Source: a bacterium (GTDB lineage: Bacteria; SAR324; JACQKK01). From it: 49,658 nt of DNA. This document shows positions 36,254-47,223 of the stretch, in pieces. Location of the stretch: NCBI GenBank assembly GCA_041476685.1, contig JBGOTW010000003.1:1-49658 (forward strand), in the 5' to 3' direction. Both the position numbers and the translations under genes were made by a program. Numbering within the stretch: position 1 is the stretch's first letter; each line of letters begins with the position of its first letter. The notes under the pieces are model-generated. The model worked only from the letters and a program-made list of their open reading frames with translations. It was not told where the DNA came from and did not search any database.

Positions 36254-37855
36254 ATGAATGCACACGCCTTGTCCCGATTGGGAGCGCTTCTGCTGGGCCT
36301 TGCGGCCGTGGCGGCCCTGGCGGCATCCCCCGCCTGGGGCCAGAAGTACGGCGGCACCCTGCGCGGCGCGCTCGTCGAAAGCTGGCCCAGCCTGTCCATC
36401 CACGAGGAAGCGACGGTCTCCACCGAGTGGCCCGTCTCGCCCATGTATAACAACCTCGTCCTGTACGATCCGCTGCGGCCCACCGAAAGCGTCGAGCACC
36501 TCGTGGGCGAGTTGGCGGAGAGCTGGGCCTGGAGCGACGGCGGGAAGACGCTGACGTTCAAGCTGCGCCGGGGCGTCCGCTGGCACGACGGCAAGCCCTT
36601 CACGGCCGCCGACGTGAAGTACACGTTCGACCTGGTGCGCGGGGCCGGCGAAAAGCGGCTCAAGCTCAATCCCCGCAAGCCCTGGTACGAGAACGTGCGG
36701 GAGATCGTCACCAAGGGCGATTTCGAGGTGGCCTTCCTGCTGAAGCGGCCCCAGCCGTCCCTGCTGTCGCTGCTGGCCACCGCGTTCGCCCCCATCTACC
36801 CGGCCCACGTGGAGCCGGCGGAACTGCGCACGCGCGCGCTGGGCACTGGGCCCTTCCGGCTGAAGGAGGTTCAGCCGGACCAATTCCTGCTGATGGAGAG
36901 GAATCCCGACTACTTCGTGAAGGGCCGGCCCTTCCTGGATGCCATCCGCTACGTCGTCATCAAGGCGCGGCCGGCGCGCACGGCGGCCCTCATTGCCGGC
37001 GACATCGACACCGCCATGCCCGGCATGTCCGGCCGCGCGGCGCGGGACCAGGTGCGGGCGGCGGTCCCGTCCATGGTCGTGCACGAGGTCTCGTTCGGCT
37101 CGACCGACAACATCCTGCTCAATACGCGCAAGCCGCCCTTCGACGACCTGAAGGTGCGCCAGGCCGTCAATCTCGCGCTGGACCGCAAGGCCGCCATCAA
37201 GGCCGCGTCCGACGGCTTCGGCGTGCTGGGCGGGGCCATCCTGCCGCCTCCCTACGGGTCCTGGGGTCTCTCCCAGGCGGACGTGCTCAAGCTGCCGGGC
37301 TACGGCGACCCCGCGCGGGACAAGGCCGAAGCGCGCAAGCTCCTGGCCGAGGCGGGCTACGGCCCCGGCAAGCCGCTGAAGGTGACGGTGTCCACCCGCG
37401 CCTTTGAGATCTACGTGGACACGGCGAACTGGGTGCTGGACCAGATCCGCCAGGTAGGCATCGAGGGCACGCTGGAAACGGTCGAGACGGGCGTGTGGTA
37501 CGGGCGGCTGGGCCGGCGCGAGTTCCAGATCGCCATCAACGTCACCGGCGTGGCCCCCGAGGATCCCGACGGGAACCTGATCGAGAACTACACCTGCGGC
37601 TCGCAGCGCAACTACACGGATTTTTGCAGCAAGGAGATCGAGGCCCTCATCGTCCAGCAGTCCCAGGAGCTGGACCACGCCCAGCGGCTGAAGCTGGTGC
37701 ACGAGATTGACCGGAGGTTGCAGATCGAGGTGGCGCGGCCGATCCTGGACCACAAGCTCGATGCGTTCATGCATTGGCCCCAGGTGAAGGGGCTGCTGCC
37801 CCACAACAACATCAACAATTACGGACGCATGCAGGACGTCTGGCTCGACCGGTAG
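36254..37855 (+). CDS. ABC transporter substrate-binding protein, family 5 (copy 3)
   Basis: Same motifs; closest to copy 1 by eye. Confidence 0.93.
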   Translation: MNAHALSRLGALLLGLAAVAALAASPAWGQKYGGTLRGALVESWPSLSIHEEATVSTEWPVSPMYNNLVLYDPLRPTESVEHLVGELAESWAWSDGGKTLTFKLRRGVRWHDGKPFTAADVKYTFDLVRGAGEKRLKLNPRKPWYENVREIVTKGDFEVAFLLKRPQPSLLSLLATAFAPIYPAHVEPAELRTRALGTGPFRLKEVQPDQFLLMERNPDYFVKGRPFLDAIRYVVIKARPARTAALIAGDIDTAMPGMSGRAARDQVRAAVPSMVVHEVSFGSTDNILLNTRKPPFDDLKVRQAVNLALDRKAAIKAASDGFGVLGGAILPPPYGSWGLSQADVLKLPGYGDPARDKAEARKLLAEAGYGPGKPLKVTVSTRAFEIYVDTANWVLDQIRQVGIEGTLETVETGVWYGRLGRREFQIAINVTGVAPEDPDGNLIENYTCGSQRNYTDFCSKEIEALIVQQSQELDHAQRLKLVHEIDRRLQIEVARPILDHKLDAFMHWPQVKGLLPHNNINNYGRMQDVWLDR

Positions 37856-38163
37856 GCACGGCGCCTGTAGGCTGGCACGGGGCCGGACGTGGGGCGGGAG
37901 GTAGGCGCTCCTGTCCGCTACGGGTCGGAAACGCGCGGTTTGCCCGCCATGCTCCGCTTTCGCTCCGGGCCGTTCCGGGATTTGAACCGGAACGCGATTC
38001 CCGACTCCAAAGTCCGGGCGTTCGTGCGTCGCATCCGGCGCCCGAGAGCAGCAAAGGCCGCTCCCGGCCGGGAGCGGCGTATCAGCCGGCACAGGGGGAA
38101 ACCGGCAAGCCGATTCACGTGTCCGAACACACCCAGCGACTCACTCAACAGAGGGGGGAGACG

Positions 38164-39777
38164 ATGCATTTCCATATCCGCAGGGAGGTTATTTTCAAGG
38201 CCGCGGGAGCGGCCTTGGTCGCCGGTGCCATGCTCGCCGTGCTGGCCAGCGCGCCCCGGCCGGCGGAGGCGCAGAAGTACGGCGGCGTCTTGAAGGCCAT
38301 GCTGCGGGAGAACTGGCCCAGCATGTCCATCCATGAGGAAGCCACGATCTCCGCCGTCTGGCCGCTGATGCCGGTGTACAGCAACCTGGTGCTGCCCGAC
38401 CCGGCGCGGCCCACGGAAAGCGCGGATCACCTGGTCGGCGAACTGGCCGAAAGCTGGAGCTGGAGCAAGGACTTCCGCAAGCTCACCTTCAAGCTGCGCC
38501 GCGGCGTGACCTGGCACGATGGCAAGCCCTTCACCAGCACGGACGTGAAGACCACCTTCGACACCGTGCGCAACGGGAAGCTCAAGCTCAATCCCCGCAA
38601 GGGCTGGTACGAGAACGTGGCCTCCATCGACACCGCCGGGGACTACGAGGTCGTCTTCAATCTGAAGAAGCCCGAGCCGGGCTTGCTCACCATGCTGGCT
38701 TCCGGCTACTCGCCGGTCTACCCGGCGCACGTCTCGACCCAGGACATGCGCACCCACGCGGTGGGCACCGGGCCGTTCATGATCAAGACCGTCCGCCCCG
38801 ACGAGGAGCTGGTGGTCGTGCGGAACCCCAACTACTTCGTGAAGGGCCGGCCGTACCTGGACGGGATTGACTTCATCGAAATCAAGGAACGCTCCGCGCG
38901 CACGGCCGCGCTCGTCGCCAACCAGCTCGATATCGCCTTCCCGGGCGAGGGCACGTCCCAGATCCGGGACCAGCTCATGAAGGATGCCCCGGCCATCGTG
39001 CTCTCGAAGGTGGCGCAGAGCGTCAATGTGAACCTCCTGCTCAATACCCAGAAGCCGCCGTTCAACGACCTGAGGCTGCGGCAGGCCGTCAATCTCGCGA
39101 TGGACCGCGAGACCTTGAACAAGACGGTGTATCAGGGCGTGCTGATGCCCGGCGGCGCCATGCTTCCCCAGCCCTACGGGGAGTTCGGCTTGAGCGAGAG
39201 CGACCTGCGCAAGCTGCCGGGCTGGGGCGATCCGGCGAAGGACAAGGCCGAGGCGCGCAAGCTGCTGGCCGAAGCCGGGTATGGCCCGAATCATCCGCTC
39301 ACCGTCACGGTTTCCACGCGCGCCATCGCGATCTATGTGGACGTGGCGATCTGGGTGATCGACCAGCTCAAGCAGGTCGGAATCGAGGCCACGCTGGCGC
39401 AGTTCGAGACGGGCGTCTGGCATCCGAAGCTGGCCCGCCGCGAGTACGAGATCGCCACCAATCTGACCGGGATCGGGTCGTCGGACCCGGACGCCAACCT
39501 GTTCGAGAACTTCGCATGCGGCTCCCAGCGCAACTACACGGACTACTGCACCAAGGAGATGCAGGCGCTGATCGAGAAGCAGTCGGAAGAGCCGAACCCG
39601 GCCCGGCGACTGGAACTGGTGCATGAAATCGACCGCAAGCTGCAAGTGGATGCAGCGCGGCCCATTCTCGGCCATCTGGTCGATTTCTACGCGGAGTGGC
39701 CCTACGTGAAGGGACTGGTGCCGCATCACAACGTGTACAACTACGGGCGCATGCAGGACGTCTGGCTGGACAAGTAG
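38164..39777 (+). CDS. ABC transporter substrate-binding protein, family 5 (copy 4)
   Basis: GGGGGAG RBS; RR-containing leader (IRREVIFK); same motifs. Confidence 0.93.
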   Translation: MHFHIRREVIFKAAGAALVAGAMLAVLASAPRPAEAQKYGGVLKAMLRENWPSMSIHEEATISAVWPLMPVYSNLVLPDPARPTESADHLVGELAESWSWSKDFRKLTFKLRRGVTWHDGKPFTSTDVKTTFDTVRNGKLKLNPRKGWYENVASIDTAGDYEVVFNLKKPEPGLLTMLASGYSPVYPAHVSTQDMRTHAVGTGPFMIKTVRPDEELVVVRNPNYFVKGRPYLDGIDFIEIKERSARTAALVANQLDIAFPGEGTSQIRDQLMKDAPAIVLSKVAQSVNVNLLLNTQKPPFNDLRLRQAVNLAMDRETLNKTVYQGVLMPGGAMLPQPYGEFGLSESDLRKLPGWGDPAKDKAEARKLLAEAGYGPNHPLTVTVSTRAIAIYVDVAIWVIDQLKQVGIEATLAQFETGVWHPKLARREYEIATNLTGIGSSDPDANLFENFACGSQRNYTDYCTKEMQALIEKQSEEPNPARRLELVHEIDRKLQVDAARPILGHLVDFYAEWPYVKGLVPHHNVYNYGRMQDVWLDK

Positions 39778-39873
39778 CGGGAGGACCGGCTACGGATGGG
39801 GTCCTTTGGCGGAAGGGGACCCCCCGCTGGCTGGGCGGTCTGCATCCATGCTGCGCAATTAAAGGGGAACCGT

Positions 39874-41487
39874 ATGTCTGGCGTTTGCACGCGGGCCACA
39901 CCGGTCCGCAGAGGAGGGATGGGTCTGGCCATCGCGGTCGCCGTGGCGCTCGGGGCGCTGCCCGCATTCGCCCAGAAAGCCGGCGGCGAGCTGAAGGCCA
40001 TGCTGCGGGAGAACTGGCCCAGCCTCTCGATCCATGAGGAAGGGACGATTTCGACCGTGTGGCCCTTGATGCCCGCGTACAGCAATCTCGTGCTGTACGA
40101 TCCCGCGCGGGCCACGGAGAGCACGGACCACCTGATCGGCGAGCTGGCGGAAAGCTGGAGCTGGAGCAAGGACGGCAAGAAGCTCACCTTCCAGCTGCGC
40201 CATGGCGTCACCTGGCACGACGGCAAGCCCTTCACGAGCCGGGACGTGAAGCACACCTTCGACGTGCTGCGCGGCGTCAGCGAAAAGCGCCTCAAGCTCA
40301 ATCCGCGCAAGCTGTGGTACGAGAACGTCCAGGAGACCGCCACAAACGGGGACTTCGAGGCCAGCTTCGTGCTGAAGAAGCCCCAGCCGAGCCTGCTCGC
40401 CATGCTGGCCTCCGGCTACACGCCCATCTATCCGGCGCACGTGGATCCGCAGGAGCTGCGCACCCGCGAGGTCGGCACCGGCCCGTTCATCATCAAGTCG
40501 ATCAAGGCGGACGAGGAAATGCTGATGGAGCGCAATCCGCATTACTTCGTCAAGGGCCGGCCCTACCTCGACAGCATCCGCTACATCGACATCAAGTCGG
40601 CGCCCACGCGCTATACCGCGCTGGCGGCCGGTCAGCTCGACATTTCGTTCCCGGGCGACGCCACGATCCAGATGCGCGACCTGGTGATCGGAAAGTCGCC
40701 CCAGGTGGTGGTGACCGTGGTTTCGCAGGGGGTGCAGGTGAACCTCCTGCTCAACAACAAGAAGGCCCCCTTCGACAACATGAAGGTGCGGCAGGCGGTC
40801 AATCTGGCGATGGACCGGCCCTCGCTCAACAAGACCGTGTACCGCGGGGCGCTGCTGCCCGGCGGCACGATCCTGCCGCCTCCCTACGGGGAGTGGGGCC
40901 TGCCCGCCGCCGAAGTGAACAAGCTGCCCGGCTGGGGCGATCCGGAGAAGAACAAGGCCGAGGCGCGCAAGCTGCTCGCCGAAGCCGGCTACGGCCCGGG
41001 CAATCCCCTCAAGCTGGCGGTGCAGACGCGGGCCATTGACGTGTACGTGAACGTGGCGATCTGGGTGATTGACCAGCTCAAGCAGGTCGGAATCGAAGGC
41101 ACGCTGGAGCAGTACGAGACGGGCGTGTGGCACCCGAAGATGTCCCGCGGCGACTATCTCTTCGCCACCAACCTCACCGGGATCGGTCCCGCGGACCCGG
41201 ATGCCGACTTCTTCGAGAACTACACCTGTGCCTCCCAGCGCAACTATATGTTCTACTGCAACAAGGAGTTGGAGGCGCAGATGCACAAGCAATCGGAAGA
41301 GTCCGACAAGCACAAGCGCCTGGAGATGGTGCGCGCGATCGACCGTCAGCTTCAGTACGAGGCGGCCAAGCCGATCCTGGGCCATCTCAATGAGTACTTC
41401 ATGTACTGGCCCCACGTGAAAGGCCTCGTGCCACACAACAACATCTACAACTATGGGCGCATGCAGGACGTGTGGCTGGACAAGTAG
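39874..41487 (+). CDS. ABC transporter substrate-binding protein, family 5 (copy 5)
   Basis: AAGGGG RBS; same motifs; ends MQDVWLDK. Confidence 0.93.
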   Translation: MSGVCTRATPVRRGGMGLAIAVAVALGALPAFAQKAGGELKAMLRENWPSLSIHEEGTISTVWPLMPAYSNLVLYDPARATESTDHLIGELAESWSWSKDGKKLTFQLRHGVTWHDGKPFTSRDVKHTFDVLRGVSEKRLKLNPRKLWYENVQETATNGDFEASFVLKKPQPSLLAMLASGYTPIYPAHVDPQELRTREVGTGPFIIKSIKADEEMLMERNPHYFVKGRPYLDSIRYIDIKSAPTRYTALAAGQLDISFPGDATIQMRDLVIGKSPQVVVTVVSQGVQVNLLLNNKKAPFDNMKVRQAVNLAMDRPSLNKTVYRGALLPGGTILPPPYGEWGLPAAEVNKLPGWGDPEKNKAEARKLLAEAGYGPGNPLKLAVQTRAIDVYVNVAIWVIDQLKQVGIEGTLEQYETGVWHPKMSRGDYLFATNLTGIGPADPDADFFENYTCASQRNYMFYCNKELEAQMHKQSEESDKHKRLEMVRAIDRQLQYEAAKPILGHLNEYFMYWPHVKGLVPHNNIYNYGRMQDVWLDK

Positions 41488-41583
41488 CGGCCGGGGCAAG
41501 AGCGGCTGGACAAGCCCGGCCGCAACCGGCTAGGCATGTGGGGCTCGACCCGGCCAGGGTAGCGCCTGGCCGGGGGTGGAAGC

Positions 41584-41938
41584 ATGATCGGGGGGATGCC
41601 TGCCGCGGGCCGATTGGGCCTGACGGTGGGCAGCGGTCTGGCCGCAATGGGGGAAGTCGCGGCGCCGGCTGTCCCTGCCTCCGCGCAAGAACATGGCGGG
41701 GTGCTCGAGGTCATGCAGCGGGGAAACCGGCCCGGCATGTCCAACTCACGAGGGGTTTACCGTCGCGGCCACCTGGCCGACGATGTCGCTCCATGCCGAC
41801 CCTGCACCGTAGGAGCCGATAGGGGTCGCGGACAGCACCGACCCCCCGATCTGCGCGCCGGCGGAGGGCTGGAGCTTGATCGCTCGTCGCGACATCCACG
41901 CCACCTCCCGCTTGGTGGACGTGTGGCTGGACAAGCAG
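41584..41938 (+). pseudogene. eroded sixth substrate-binding-protein copy with a large internal deletion
   Basis: AVPASAQEHGGVLEVMQRGNRPGMS, frameshift, HEGFTVAATWPTM..*..AEGWS, then a jump to DVWLDK (41918-41935). Confidence 0.8.
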
Positions 41939-42041
41939 GCCCGACCCCGCTACGGATGTGGGTGCGTACGGCCGGCAACGTGAAGCGCCACCGGCCGATT
42001 CGGCGGGCGGGCTTGACCTTTGTGCGGGGGACACTGGCTCC

Positions 42042-42986
42042 GTGAAAACGTTTCTCATCCATCGCTCCCTGCTGATGGTCGTGACGCTGTTCGGGATGTC
42101 CGTGCTGATCTTCATCATGCTGCGGCTGGCGCCCGGCAATATCGTGGACATCCTCTTCGCGTCGGCCGGCTACGTGGATGAGACGGACAAGAAGGCGATC
42201 GAGAAGGACCTGGGCATCGACCGGCCGCTCTACGTCCAGTATTTCACCTGGATCGGCGACCTGATGCGGGGCGAGCTGGGGAAGTCGTACCGCCTGGAGG
42301 TGAAGGCGGTGACGGTGATCCTGCCGCGCATCCCGGTGACCTTCCAGCTCGCCGGCTGGGCCATGCTCGTGTCCGTGCTGCTGGGGGTGCCCACGGGGGT
42401 GATCAGCGCGGTCAAGCAGGATACGCCGCTGGACTATGTCCTGCGCGTGCTGAGCCTGTCGGGGCTGAGCATGCCCGCCTTCTGGCTCGGCCTGCTGGTG
42501 ATCCTGTTCCTCGTCTACACGTTCAATATATCGCCGATCTACATTCACGCGCCGGAGAACGGCTTCGATTACTTCCTGCTGATCGGGATTCCGGCTCTCG
42601 TCGTGGGCTTCCGCAGTTCCGCGCTCATCATGCGCCTGACGCGTTCGTCCATGCTGGAAGTGCTGCGGCAGGACTACATCCGCACGGCGCGCGCGAAGGG
42701 CCAGGGCGACAACCGGGTCAACTTCGAGCACGCCCTGAAGAACGCCATGCTGCCGGTCATCACGGTCATCGGGATCGAATTCGCGTTCCTGATCGGGGGG
42801 CTGGTGGTGACGGAAACGCTGTTCAACATCCCGGGCGTGGCGAGATTCCTGGTGCAGGCCATCCTGTACCGGGACTATCCGATCGTGCAGAACCTGGTCA
42901 TGTTCATCGCGATCATCGTGATCGGGATGAACTTCCTGACCGACCTGGTCTACGTGTGGCTGGATCCGCGCATCCAGCTCCGCTGA
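42042..42986 (+). CDS. ABC peptide/nickel transporter permease (DppB/OppB-like)
   Basis: RSSMLEVLRQDYIRTARAKG loop, ETLFNIPG, RDYP, DPRI. Confidence 0.93.
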   Translation: MKTFLIHRSLLMVVTLFGMSVLIFIMLRLAPGNIVDILFASAGYVDETDKKAIEKDLGIDRPLYVQYFTWIGDLMRGELGKSYRLEVKAVTVILPRIPVTFQLAGWAMLVSVLLGVPTGVISAVKQDTPLDYVLRVLSLSGLSMPAFWLGLLVILFLVYTFNISPIYIHAPENGFDYFLLIGIPALVVGFRSSALIMRLTRSSMLEVLRQDYIRTARAKGQGDNRVNFEHALKNAMLPVITVIGIEFAFLIGGLVVTETLFNIPGVARFLVQAILYRDYPIVQNLVMFIAIIVIGMNFLTDLVYVWLDPRIQLR

Positions 42987-43098
42987 GGGCGGGCGCGGCG
43001 TGCGGTGCGCAGGCAGGTCCTGTCGCGGCGGAAGTCTCCGGCCGCCGGGGGACGGGACCGGGAAACGCGATCAACTGCTGCAGGCGGGAGGCTGACCC

Positions 43099-43986
43099 GT
43101 GGAGCACATGGCCGAAGGGAAACTCGACGGCGTTCGCGCGCACGAGTCCTGGCCGCGCGTCCTGCTGAACTTCATGTGGCGCAAGCCGCTGGGCGGGTTC
43201 GGCCTCGTCGTGCTGGTGGTGATGGTGCTGATGGCGATCTTCGCCGAGGTCCTCTCCACGCACGATCCGGTCGCCACGGACGCCAACCGCACGCTCGAGG
43301 CGCCTTCGAGCGTCCACTACTTCGGCACGGACTACCTGGGCCGGGACATGTACAGCCGGATCGTCCACGGCTCGCGCATCTCCCTCGCGGTGGGCCTCAG
43401 CACCGCCGTGGCGGGCGGCCTGCTGGGCCTGGCCATCGGCCTGTTTTCCGGCTACCTGCTGGGCTGGTGGGACGAGGTGACGCAGCGGCTGATGGACCTG
43501 TTGCAGGGGCTGCCCTTGCTCGTGATGGCGCTGGTGATGGCGGCGGCCCTCGGTCCGTCGGTGGAGAATACGATCCTGGCGATCTCGATTCCGCTCATCC
43601 CACGCGCTGCGCGGGTGATCCGTTCGAGCACCTTGTCCATCCGCGAGATGCCCTTCGTGGAAGCGGCGCGGGCGCTGGGCATGAGCGAATTTCGCATCGC
43701 GGTGCTCCACGTCCTGCCGAACACCCTGGCCCCGTTCATCGTGCTGACCACGGCCCAGCTCGGCAGCGCCATCCTGACCGAGGCGGCGCTGTCGTTCCTC
43801 GGCCTGGGGATTCCCGAGCCTTATCCGTCGTGGGGCCGGATGCTCTCCCAGTCCGCGGCCGAATACGCCCAAAAGGCGCCTTGGCTGGTGATCTACCCGG
43901 GTCTCGCGATCAGCCTCGCCGTGTTCGCGACCAACCTGTTGGGGGACGCGCTGCGGGACGTGCTGGACCCGCGGCTGCGCATCTGA
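43099..43986 (+). CDS. ABC peptide/nickel transporter permease (DppC/OppC-like)
   Basis: HYFGTDYLGRD, FVEAARALG, EAALSFLGLG, GDALRDVLDP. Confidence 0.93.
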   Translation: MEHMAEGKLDGVRAHESWPRVLLNFMWRKPLGGFGLVVLVVMVLMAIFAEVLSTHDPVATDANRTLEAPSSVHYFGTDYLGRDMYSRIVHGSRISLAVGLSTAVAGGLLGLAIGLFSGYLLGWWDEVTQRLMDLLQGLPLLVMALVMAAALGPSVENTILAISIPLIPRAARVIRSSTLSIREMPFVEAARALGMSEFRIAVLHVLPNTLAPFIVLTTAQLGSAILTEAALSFLGLGIPEPYPSWGRMLSQSAAEYAQKAPWLVIYPGLAISLAVFATNLLGDALRDVLDPRLRI

Positions 43987-44202
43987 CGGGGCGAATGCAC
44001 GGCGCATGCGGTGGAGGACGCGGGCCAGGCGGCTAGTCCGGATTCTGGCAGCGATTGCAGTGAATGTGCGAAGCCGCACGCATCCGTGTGCGGAAAGGAA
44101 AGCCAAGTGTCACGGGACCGAAAGGCTCCGCGCGCGCGGAAAAAAGGGCCGAGCCGTTCCGCGACGGCAGGCCGCAATCGCAGCGGGAGCAAGGCACAGG
44201 CC

Positions 44203-45267
44203 ATGGTCGAAACGATGTCCGTCTCCGCCGGAGCGACCCCCGCGCCCGCGGTGTTCGCCGGCCCGGCGATCCTGGAGATCGAGGATCTCAAGACGTACTT
44301 CTTCAGCCGGGACGGCGTCACCAAGGCCGTGGACGGCGTCTCCTATGCGGTGCACCGGGGCGAGACGCTGGGCGTGGTGGGGGAGTCCGGCTGCGGCAAG
44401 AGCGTGACGGCCCTGTCCATCCTGCGCCTCGTCCCCGATCCGCCGGGCCGGATCGTCGGCGGCTCGATCAAGTTCAACGGGGTGGACCTGATGTCGTTGC
44501 CCGCGCGGAAGATGCAGGACATCCGCGGCAACGACATTTCCATGATCTTCCAGGAGCCCATGACCTCGCTCAATCCGGTGCTGACGGTCGGGCACCAGGT
44601 CAGCGAGGCCATCATCCTGCATCAGCACCTGTCCAGCCGGGACGCGATGGACAAGGCCGTGGAGATGCTCAAGCTCGTGCGGATTCCCGATCCGGAAAGG
44701 CGGGTGCGCGAATACCCGCACCAGATGTCGGGCGGGATGCGCCAGCGCGTCATGATCGCCATGGCCCTGAGCTGCAACCCGAAAGTGCTCATCGCGGACG
44801 AGCCCACCACGGCGCTCGACGTGACGATCCAGGCGCAGATCCTGGACCTGATTCTCGATTTGCAGTCGCAGCTCGGCACCGCCATCATCCTCATCACCCA
44901 CTCCCTCGGCGTGATCGCCGAGACCGCGCAGCGCGTCGTCGTCATGTACGCGGGGCGCAAGGTGGAGGAGGCGGCGGTCGGCGAGCTGTTCGACCGGCCG
45001 CTCCATCCCTACACCGAAGGGCTGATGAACTCGGTGCCGCGCCTGAGCGAAGCGGCGAAAGCCGATCCGGGCCGGTTGCGGCTGGCCGAAATTCCAGGCA
45101 TCGTCCCTCTCCTGCAGAATCTGCCGCAAGGCTGCGTGTTCGCGCCCCGCTGCACTTACGCCACGGACCATTGCCGTGCCGAGTACCCGCCGCTGGAGCA
45201 GAAACGGCCGGGGCATTGGGTCGCCTGCTGGGAATCCGACATTCTCGCCGGAAAGCGACATGGTTGA
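44203..45267 (+). CDS. ABC ATP-binding protein (DppD/OppD-like)
   Basis: [26 protein letters not shown]-terminal Cys motif GC.FAPRC. Confidence 0.95.
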   Translation: MVETMSVSAGATPAPAVFAGPAILEIEDLKTYFFSRDGVTKAVDGVSYAVHRGETLGVVGESGCGKSVTALSILRLVPDPPGRIVGGSIKFNGVDLMSLPARKMQDIRGNDISMIFQEPMTSLNPVLTVGHQVSEAIILHQHLSSRDAMDKAVEMLKLVRIPDPERRVREYPHQMSGGMRQRVMIAMALSCNPKVLIADEPTTALDVTIQAQILDLILDLQSQLGTAIILITHSLGVIAETAQRVVVMYAGRKVEEAAVGELFDRPLHPYTEGLMNSVPRLSEAAKADPGRLRLAEIPGIVPLLQNLPQGCVFAPRCTYATDHCRAEYPPLEQKRPGHWVACWESDILAGKRHG

Positions 45268-46252
45268 CAGCGCTGCCGTTTCCAATGCTCCCCTGCTCGA
45301 AGTGCAGGGGCTCAAAAAGCACTTCCCGATCAAGCAGGGCATCCTCGGGCGCACGGTCGGCTACGTCTATGCCGTGGACGGCCTGTCGTTCTCGATCAAG
45401 CAGGGGGAGACCCTCGGCCTGGTGGGCGAGAGCGGCTGCGGGAAGTCCACGGCGGGCAAGTCCATCCTGCGCCTGATCGAGCCGACGGCGGGCACGATCC
45501 GGCTGGAAGGCGTGGACATCACCCACATCAGCCGCCGCGAGCTGCGCCCGTACCGGCGCGAGATGCAGATCATCTTCCAGGACCCCTATTCCTCCCTGAA
45601 CCCGCGCATGTCCGCCGGCAGCATCGTCGGCGAGCCGCTGCTCATCCACGGCATCGCCAAGTCCCGCAAGGAGCGGGAGGAGCGCACCGCCGCGCTGTTC
45701 AAGAAGGTGGGCCTGCGCCCGGACCAGATGAACAACTACCCGCACGAATTCTCCGGCGGCCAGCGGCAGCGCATCGGGATCGCCCGCGCCCTTGCGCTCA
45801 ACCCGAAGCTCATCATCGGCGACGAGCCCGTCTCGGCCCTCGACGTCTCGATCCAGGCCCAGGTGATCAACCTGCTGGTGGACTTGCAGAAGGAATTCAA
45901 CCTTTCCTATCTCTTCATTGCCCACGACCTCGCCGTCGTCGAGCACATCAGCCACCGCGTGGCGGTGATGTATCTCGGCAAGGTGGCGGAGTTGACCGAC
46001 AAGAAGACCCTGTTTGCCTCGCCGCTGCACCCGTACACCGAGGCGCTCCTGTCCGCCGTGCCCGTGCCCGATCCGAAGGCGAAGAAGGGCAAGCGCATCA
46101 TCCTGGCCGGGGACGTGCCCAGCCCGATGAATCCGCCCAAGGGCTGCACGTTCCACACGCGCTGCCCGTACGTGATGGAGCGCTGCAAGGTGGAAGTGCC
46201 GGATTTGCGCGAGGTCAAGCCCGGACACTGGGTCTCCTGTCACCTGAGGTAA
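45260..46252 (+). CDS. ABC ATP-binding protein (DppF/OppF-like)
   Basis: [31 protein letters not shown]. Confidence 0.95.
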   Translation: MVDSAAVSNAPLLEVQGLKKHFPIKQGILGRTVGYVYAVDGLSFSIKQGETLGLVGESGCGKSTAGKSILRLIEPTAGTIRLEGVDITHISRRELRPYRREMQIIFQDPYSSLNPRMSAGSIVGEPLLIHGIAKSRKEREERTAALFKKVGLRPDQMNNYPHEFSGGQRQRIGIARALALNPKLIIGDEPVSALDVSIQAQVINLLVDLQKEFNLSYLFIAHDLAVVEHISHRVAVMYLGKVAELTDKKTLFASPLHPYTEALLSAVPVPDPKAKKGKRIILAGDVPSPMNPPKGCTFHTRCPYVMERCKVEVPDLREVKPGHWVSCHLR

Positions 46253-46503
46253 CGGTGGGGCCTCGGCTGTTCGAGCGCACCCCTGCTCCGCCGCCACGCG
46301 GGACTGCCGCTGCCCTTCAGACGCGCCGCCCTGCAGACGCGCGGTCCTTGAGACACGCGGCCCGTCAGACATGCCGGCCCGCCGACTGCTACGGCACCCG
46401 TCGGCCCAATACGGTTTGGCTCGGACCCCGCCGGCACGGGCTGGGGTCAAGGCCGGGGGTTAAGGCAAGTGGGGCGGGCGCTTCCCCTCCAACGGAGGTC
46501 CTC

Positions 46504-47121
46504 ATGGCGCTCTACGGGGACTGGATCCTGCCTTGGCTGATCGAAACTCAATTGGGCAGGCCCGACATCGCCGCCACGCGCGCGGACCTGCTGCGGGGGA
46601 TAGCCGGCGAGGTGCTGGAAGTGGGCTTCGGCTCGGGCTTGAGCCTGCCGCACTATCCGCGCGCGGTAACCCGATTGTACGCGCTCGATCCGCACAGGCC
46701 CCCGCTGAAGCGCGTGGCGACGCGCATCGCGGCCGCTTCCTTTCCTGTCGTGACGCTGCCGTACCCGGGCCAGGGACCCTATCCGCTGGCGGACGGCGCG
46801 GTGGACGCCGTGGTCTCGTTCTTCACGCTGTGCACGATCCCGGAGGCGGCCGCGGCGCTGCAGGAGATCAGGCGCGTGCTCAAGCCGCGCGGGGCATTCG
46901 TGTTTCTCGAGCACGGAGCGGGCGAGACCCCGCGCGTGCTGGCCTGGCAGCGGCGCCTGACGCCGCTCCAGATGCGCATCGGCGGAGGCTGTCACCTGGA
47001 CCGGCCCATTGACCGGCTCGTCGAACAGGCCGGGTTCGCCGAGTTGCGTCACGAGCGGATTCGCCTGGCATCCTTTCCGAAGATCGCCGGGCGGCTGTAT
47101 CGGGGCGTCGCTGTGCGCTGA
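46504..47121 (+). CDS. class I SAM-dependent methyltransferase
   Basis: VLEVGFGSG, TLCTIP, RRVLKP, FLEHG, GGCHLDR; GGAGG RBS. Confidence 0.9.
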   Translation: MALYGDWILPWLIETQLGRPDIAATRADLLRGIAGEVLEVGFGSGLSLPHYPRAVTRLYALDPHRPPLKRVATRIAAASFPVVTLPYPGQGPYPLADGAVDAVVSFFTLCTIPEAAAALQEIRRVLKPRGAFVFLEHGAGETPRVLAWQRRLTPLQMRIGGGCHLDRPIDRLVEQAGFAELRHERIRLASFPKIAGRLYRGVAVR

Positions 47122-47223
47122 GGGAGGTGCGCTGCGGGACGTGTGCCGGGCGGTGTGCGGGCGAGACGGATCGGGGCGCCCGAGCGGCCCAGGTTCGTGG
47201 AGCTTAGCCGTGGAGCCAGGCCG

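Noticed and set aside
37971-37995. GGTTCAAATCC on the minus strand resembling a tRNA T-arm
   Set aside because: It is only a hairpin (cgttccgg/ccggaacg); no D-arm, anticodon arm or acceptor stem.
35087-38092. 1001-aa minus-strand ORF and other long antisense ORFs (32436-34388, 37918-39729, 39859-41499, 11858-13933, 28973-30685)
   Set aside because: Shadow frames of well-supported genes in high-GC DNA; no recognisable motifs.
32739-41938. Regularly spaced repeated DNA as a CRISPR-like array or DGR template/variable repeats
   Set aside because: The repeats are conserved coding motifs of paralogous genes about 1.7 kb apart; no cas genes, no reverse transcriptase, and no adenine-specific variation noticed.
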